A stretch of DNA of 64,000 bases, taken from contig CAVNZM010000001.1 in NCBI GenBank assembly GCA_963693365.1, forward strand, positions 21,150,125 to 21,214,124, given 5' to 3'. Shown here piece by piece: positions 54,225 through 64,000 of this stretch. Positions within the stretch are counted from its first letter, which is position 1. Every line of letters begins with the position of its first letter. The position numbers were made by a program, and so were the translations under genes. Under the pieces are notes generated by a model, which was given only the letters and a program-made list of their open reading frames with translations, did not search any database and was not told the origin of the DNA. Source of the DNA: Amoebidium appalachense (taxonomy: Eukaryota; Protista; Ichthyosporea).

Positions 54225-55628
54225 ATGCTCTTGCCTCTATTCGCTCCACAAGGTTTACAAGCTATAGGCGCCAACCACCAGTCTTTTGATATCTTTGCTG
54301 CCATCACACACACCATGGAGGCGGACAGCCAGCGGCAGCTGGTGCAGACTTTGCAGCAGGCCGTGCAGTACTATGCGCACAGCGGGGACGTGGCCTACCT
54401 GCTGCTGCCCCAGCGCGCCCTGCTGGGCCTACCCAACCAGCACGGCGACACGCCCCTTCACGTGGCGGTGACCGCCGGCCGCAGGGAGGCCGTGCAGGCG
54501 CTAGGGCGGGTGATGCACAGGGAGGACCTGGACGCAGCAAGCAGGGACGGGCACACGGCCCTGCACGTGGCCTGTGCGCTGGGCCTGCACGACATAGTGC
54601 AGGACCTGCTGGACGTCGGTGCCAGCCAGGCCGTGACCGACCCGGAGGGCGCCACGCCCCTGCACGCGGCCTGCAGGGCGCGGCATGCACAAGTGGTGCG
54701 GGTGCTGGTTGGGGCCGGCTGCCCGGTGCTGGCGCAGCGCAACCACGAGGGCCTGGCCCCCCTGCACGTGGCCGTGGCCAGCGGCTGTGCCGACGTGGTG
54801 GCCGCGCTGCTGGCCTGCGAGCAGCTGTCCGTGGACACGCAGGACGCAAGTGCCGGCCGCACGGCCCTGCACGTGGCCGTGCGGCTGGGCCTGGCCGCGC
54901 AGGCCGAGGCACTGCTTGCACGGGGGGCCAGCGCGTGTGCGCAGGACTATGCCGGCAACACGCCGCTGCACGTGGCCGCAGACACGGGCCGCAGCGACCT
55001 GGCCGGGCTGCTGCTGACCTACGGCGCCGATGTGGCGGCAGCCAACCACTACGGCCTCACGGCCCTGGCCCTGGCACACGCCCACGGCCACACGGCCTTT
55101 GGGGCCACGCTGCTGCAGCCACCCAGCCACGAGCAAGCAAAGGCGCCGACCGACAGCCCGCTGGACGGCGACTACGAGCTGCTGGGGGATGACGTCACCA
55201 GCCTGCCCTCGGCACCCTGGGAGCTGCGGCGGGCCAGCCTGGGCACGGGGCGGCAGGCCAAGGCGCTGGTCAAGGGCATGCTGCGCAGAGGCAAGAGGGT
55301 GCTGCCCGGCAGGCGCAAGGACGACGAGCCAGCACAGCAGCCAACCAGCCCCCAGGCCCCCACCTACCGCCACTCCCTGCCTGGGCCCGCGGACAGTGCG
55401 GCCGAGAAGAGGGCGCTGCAGCTGCGGTTTGGTGCCCCCACGGACCTGCCGGGGGCGGGCCAAGGCAGTGCCGCCGCCGAGAAGGAGCGCCTCAGGCAGG
55501 CCTACGTGCCTTCTGACGTCACAGTGCGGCCCGGGCCAACGGCCACCCCGCAGTCAAAGGCCGCAGAGGCGCAGGCCACGGCACAGAGGGCACAGAGGGA
55601 ATATAGTGACCTGGCCATGATAGACTGA
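54225..55628 (+). CDS. IkB-like ankyrin-repeat protein resembling the C-terminal half of NF-kB p105/p100, no Rel homology domain, intronless
   Basis: Seven ankyrin repeats: GDTPLH, GHTALH, GATPLH, GLAPLH, QDASAGRTALH, GNTPLH and GLTALA. The pre-ankyrin motif AVQYYAHSGDVAYLLLPQRALLGLPNQHGDTPLH matches p105 [34 protein letters not shown]. The true start may be ATG 54315 (accATGG). Confidence 0.85.
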   Translation: MLLPLFAPQGLQAIGANHQSFDIFAAITHTMEADSQRQLVQTLQQAVQYYAHSGDVAYLLLPQRALLGLPNQHGDTPLHVAVTAGRREAVQALGRVMHREDLDAASRDGHTALHVACALGLHDIVQDLLDVGASQAVTDPEGATPLHAACRARHAQVVRVLVGAGCPVLAQRNHEGLAPLHVAVASGCADVVAALLACEQLSVDTQDASAGRTALHVAVRLGLAAQAEALLARGASACAQDYAGNTPLHVAADTGRSDLAGLLLTYGADVAAANHYGLTALALAHAHGHTAFGATLLQPPSHEQAKAPTDSPLDGDYELLGDDVTSLPSAPWELRRASLGTGRQAKALVKGMLRRGKRVLPGRRKDDEPAQQPTSPQAPTYRHSLPGPADSAAEKRALQLRFGAPTDLPGAGQGSAAAEKERLRQAYVPSDVTVRPGPTATPQSKAAEAQATAQRAQREYSDLAMID

Positions 55629-56753
55629 GCTGTGCTTGGTCGGTTAGTAACACTAGTTCGCATGAATGTATGCATGAAGGTATCGACGATAATAAAAGCG
55701 CCACTGTGTGGCTGTATTTGAGGTTTGTTGCCAATCACAGCCTGAGGGTGCCCTGCCAGCCTGCACGACCGGTGGCCAAATTTTGAAAGAAAAATAGTGT
55801 GCTACCCACACTAGAAGCGGACATGTGCAAGAGTGCGGTCTGCGCTTCGGCGTGCAAACGATTTTAAAAAATAATATATTGGGTTGTCCAAATCTAGCTG
55901 GATGTCCGTGGCCGGGGTTCATGTGTGTATGGAACTTCGTGTACCGTGCGCTATGATCATCTTGCTTGTAGTGACAGAGGCTGCGACAGCCCCTAAGCCA
56001 TAAACTATATACCGGGGCTGCAGGGCCATAATTGGAGGTATTCATATATATATATTTTATGAAGACGTACATACATATCATATAGGTGTATCCGGGCCAG
56101 CCGGATCTCCGCTGATAAATTCGATTTGACCTGGTGATCATGTGAAGTAAATTTTAAAACCTGCCGTTGTGAAGGTCACCATGTGTCCGTGAGTGCACTG
56201 GTTTCTGCTGCAGGGACGTTGCACACTACCCTTCTGCACACATCCATATCTGCTCTGGGCCATACTGGAAGTCTCGGGCACGGTGTCCCTCCGAGCTCCA
56301 TATTGTCAAGTGCCGGACACTGTCCAAAAGGGGGAGGCTCTGGCTTTGTGGCTGAGGGCTGGTTTGTATGCAGACACAGGTGGTAGGTGCAGTCAGCCCT
56401 GTGGCCAGCAAAGGGTTGAGGGGTGCTGCCTGCCCTGCGAGTGCCAAGTGTCTTGCTACGGCTGGTTGGGTCGTGGGGTGTTGGAAAGGGTGGGGGGTCG
56501 GGGGTTGATGTGGAAGAAGGAGAAGGGGGGGGGGGGGGGGGGGGGGGGGGGTTGAATGAGTCAAAAAGTACGAAGTACGGGTGTTAGCTACATCTATGTA
56601 CCATAATACCGCTTAGGTTTTGCAAAGTGAAGCCTTGAGGACGAATTAAAAGACACCACCATCACACCCACCCCTAGGGCGTCAGTCCTACAAGCCCACT
56701 CCCCCTCTCTCCCTTCCCCTCCCCCCTCCTCCCCCCCCCCCTCCCCCCCCCCT

Positions 56754-56784
<31 letters not shown>

Positions 56785-57191
56785 CCAAAAAAAAAAAAAA
56801 ACCCTAAGAAAACACACACACACATACACCACCACCGCCGCCAAAACGCCCTCTCCATATAACCACATACACACGCACACACTTACGGTACAGGCCGATA
56901 CACCATAGAGGCATGGGTGCACCCAATGGGCCTGGGCATTGTTCGAATACACACAGCTCCTTTTAGCCATGCAGAAGTTTGCAACCAAGAAACATTTGGG
57001 TCGACCCCTGTGCATACACAGCCATGCAAAATGCAGATGCAGTGCTAGATCAGCTACTACACGGCCTCAGCACATGAAGCTCACTTCCCCACACAACCGC
57101 CAGCAGGTATGTGCTGTATTCATCAATTTGATCAAAGGGATGGCCCCTTGCAAGCACGCATGCACATGCACGGCCACCCACCTCTCACACG

Positions 57192-63459
<6,268 letters not shown>

Positions 63460-63643
63460 CTGCAGGCCCACCATGTCAGTGCCGGCATGGTGTGGGTGTG
63501 TTATTGGTGTGGCACGTGGTTATTATATTTGGCGCAAATTTTGTGCCCACCAACGAATGTGTAGACGGAGTTGTTTTTTGCGAGGGTTTGTGAGTGGATG
63601 GATGGATCGGGCTGGGGGTAGGGGTGGCGGTGGTGGTGGTGGT

Positions 63644-63678
<35 letters not shown>

Positions 63679-64000
63679 GCATCGAACGCTTTGTGGGTGC
63701 ACGTGAGAACGACCACAACAAGAGTGCAAAAAGATATGAACGTGCTCAAAATTGCGCCTGAATCAATACTCCTGCGTGTGAGCGTTTTATATGTTTTGGC
63801 TTTGTTTGGCTATGATGATGTGTATGGTGATGCGTGCGTTTCGTGGGCCCATGCACACGCACGTCTTTCGCACGATGTGTAGGTGTGTACTTGGGCTTGG
63901 TGTTTCTCTGGTTGGGCTTTTGTGCAATGTGGCTGCGTTTTGTGCAATATGTATGCGTGTCACGGTGTGTGCATGTGTGTGTGTGTGTGTGTGCTTGTCT

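Overview
Eukaryotic, intron-rich genomic DNA. Introns are packed with (CA)n/(TG)n microsatellites, poly-C/poly-G tracts and minisatellites. The gene content points to a unicellular holozoan, possibly an ichthyosporean such as Amoebidium; this is inference only. Most long ORFs in the supplied track are low-complexity artefacts. Manual GT-AG, phase-consistent splicing gives five multi-exon genes: a complete 12-exon CLOCK-like bHLH-PAS factor (-), a GT32 DXD glycosyltransferase (+), a coiled-coil/BTB/discoidin-like protein (-), an MPPED-like metallophosphoesterase with a 15-nt catalytic microexon (-), and a CK1-gamma-like kinase (-, 5' end outside the window). There are also three intronless genes: a plant LHT/ProT/GAT-like AAAP transporter (-), a secreted sphingomyelinase D/PLD toxin-like protein with Cys-rich repeats (+), and a stand-alone p105/p100-type IkB-like ankyrin protein (+). 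Mobile DNA includes two degenerate copies of a non-LTR RT element, a hAT-type MITE, and a family of 5'-truncated retroposon-like ends that always abut poly-G/C tracts. No tRNA, rRNA or CRISPR array was recognised.
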